Assembly: GCF_036321535.1 (NCBI RefSeq)
Contig: NC_087436.1
Coordinates: 59,398,001 to 59,462,000 of the forward strand
Length of the DNA stretch: 64,000 nt
Source of the DNA: Camelus dromedarius
Lineage: Eukaryota
Reading direction: 5' to 3'
Below, in pieces: positions 62,533 to 64,000 of the stretch. The notes beneath the pieces are model-generated. The model made no database searches. It was not told where the DNA came from and saw only the letters and a list, made by a program, of their open reading frames with translations. Each line of letters starts with the position of its first letter. The stretch's first letter is position 1. Position numbers and translations under genes: made by a program.

Positions 62533-63097
62533 TGTAGGGGAGCAAAATTGGACGCCCCAAAATGTGTCTTTTTGGCACAAGGATTAGTTTAGTCCGATTA
62601 TTTTTGAGAAACTAAGATTCAGGAAGGTGTTTCTGTTACCTCCTCGTTAAGTGCCTAAAGATTTAGATAAAGGGCCTGTTCCCAGAATAGAGTTATCATC
62701 AGAGATATCTGCAAAGAACACGGGCTAGTTATGCTGGGGGAAATTTGGCCGGGCTCAGAGATCGGACTCCATTATGTGACCCACTGTCTCTGCAGGGCTC
62801 AGCCAACATTTTTCTACCAAACCTTTGCTTTTCTATCTCCATGTGAAATGCCTCCTCTCCTTTAAAGTCCCAAGCCACTACCGTCAACATCCTACTTTAA
62901 CTAAAGATGCTGTTTAAGGTGAGGAGTCCAGCCAGTTTAATAAGCTATTTACTCAGTTTTCCTGGGTCTCTCCCTTGTGTACATGTTATTAAACTTTTGT
63001 TTGATATTCTCCTATTAATCTGTCTCATGTCAATTTAACTCTCAGACCAGCTAGAAAAACTTAAAAGGGCAGAGAAAACTTTCTTCCTCTCCAGCCA
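62533..63097 (+). mobile_element. ERV1 solo LTR (MER34/MER39-like)
   Basis: TGTA...CA termini, 'ccccaaaatgtg...tttggca', ATTAAA polyA signal near 62988, U5 'ctcctattaatctgtct'. Possible 4-bp TSD atat (overlaps the terminal A). Confidence 0.85.
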
Positions 63098-63139
63098 TAT
63101 CATTTATTAATTTTTAAATGATTTATTTGTATTATAATC

Positions 63140-63440
63140 TGTTTTTAATCTTGTAATGGAAAATTCCAAGCATATGCAATAGTAGAATAGTATAATAAAT
63201 TCTTATTTGGCCATTACCCAGCTTCAATAATTACCAATTCATGAATAATATTATTTATCTGTATTCTCAACTATCTACTTTCTATATTATTTTGACAAGT
63301 CCTAGGTGTTACATTAATTCATCCATAAATATTTCAGCATTATTTCTAAAAGACAGGAATCTTAAAAATAGTTTTATTTGAATATCTTCAAAATATTTAT
63401 AACTTAATACTAAAAATATTAAAATTTTATTCCTTAGTTT
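63140..63440 (-). mobile_element. Old L1 (L1MC-type) 3' end
   Basis: 'ggaaaattccaagcatat...agaatagtataat...cccagcttcaataatt...catccataaatatttcagca'. Confidence 0.7.
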
Positions 63441-63455
63441 TAGTGTTCACTTTTT

Positions 63456-63583
63456 TTTTTTTTTTGGTGGGGGGAGTGGTAGTTAGGTTTATTTTTTTTT
63501 ATTTTGATGGAGGCACTAGGGATTGAACCCAGGATCTCTTGCATGCTAAGCAGGCACTCTACCACTGAATTACACCCTCCCCC
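63456..63583 (-). mobile_element. tRNA-Ala-derived SINE (camelid vic-1 type)
   Basis: Minus strand reads gggggagggtgtaattcagtggtagagtgcctgcttagcatgcaagagatcctgggttcaatccctagtgcctcc, with A box, B box and an AGC anticodon-like loop, then an A-rich tail. Perfect 14-bp TSD agtgttcacttttt (63442-63455, 63584-63597) at a TTTTT/AA site. Confidence 0.92.
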
Positions 63584-64000
63584 AGTGTTCACTTTTTAAA
63601 AATACTTTTAAGCACAAATTTCTATGATTCTATCCAAATATGGTCTTGTTCCTGAATTTCCTTTATTGGAAAATTTTCATTTATTCTAAACTCTATGTGT
63701 TGCTATTTCTTTAATTTTGATAATTTCTCTTTCCCCTTCAATGTTGTGTTCTGCTTTCTATCGTACAATTGTTTCTGAGTTTCAGTAAGAGACTAAAGCA
63801 ATAAAGGAAGATATAATTAACTATTCTGAAATATGTGAGGACTTAGCAAGAAGAGAGAGATAATTTGTTCTTTATCAATCCAAAAGACAAATATAGGATC
63901 ATTTAGATCAAAGTCATTGGAAAGCTGACCTCCCAAATTATATGTTCATCTCTGATATCTCAACTGAACTGTAGATTCATATTCTCAAAGTTCTTGACAT

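Noticed and set aside
63510..63583. tRNA-Ala gene
   Set aside because: It has a SINE tail, an A-rich end and TSDs, and degenerate stems, so it is a tRNA-derived SINE rather than a tRNA gene.
1..64000. Novel prokaryote-style system (operon, CRISPR array, defence island, retron)
   Set aside because: The sequence is mammalian repeat-rich DNA. The longest ORF is 178 aa and is antisense to L1, and there is no regularly spaced repeat-spacer array.

Overview
This is AT-rich, CpG-depleted mammalian non-coding DNA (intronic or intergenic), not prokaryotic sequence. The source is very probably a camelid (alpaca, llama or camel), based on a tRNA-Ala-derived vic-1-type SINE with perfect target-site duplications (TSDs) at 63456-63583 and on two young L1 3' ends of the type I associate with camelids. 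I found no intact protein-coding gene, RNA gene, CRISPR array or operon. The ORFs with recognisable products are frameshifted LINE-1 remnants; the rest look like chance ORFs. Much of the window is transposable-element debris: L1 (including a decayed ~5.1 kb copy at 38050-43187), L2, MIR, CR1/L3, L4, MaLR/ERVL/ERV1 solo LTRs and Tigger/hAT MITEs. The most informative signals are mechanistic. They are two twin-primed (5'-inverted) L1 insertions, one of them nested in another L1; an internally primed, 3'-truncated L1 with a perfect TSD; a template-switch hairpin; several short tandem duplications; and a nested TE cluster. A few repeat-free blocks are candidate regulatory elements or non-coding exons. 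I cannot support a claim of a novel biological system here. Repeat family names come from recalled consensus sequences rather than a database search, and boundaries of old elements are approximate.
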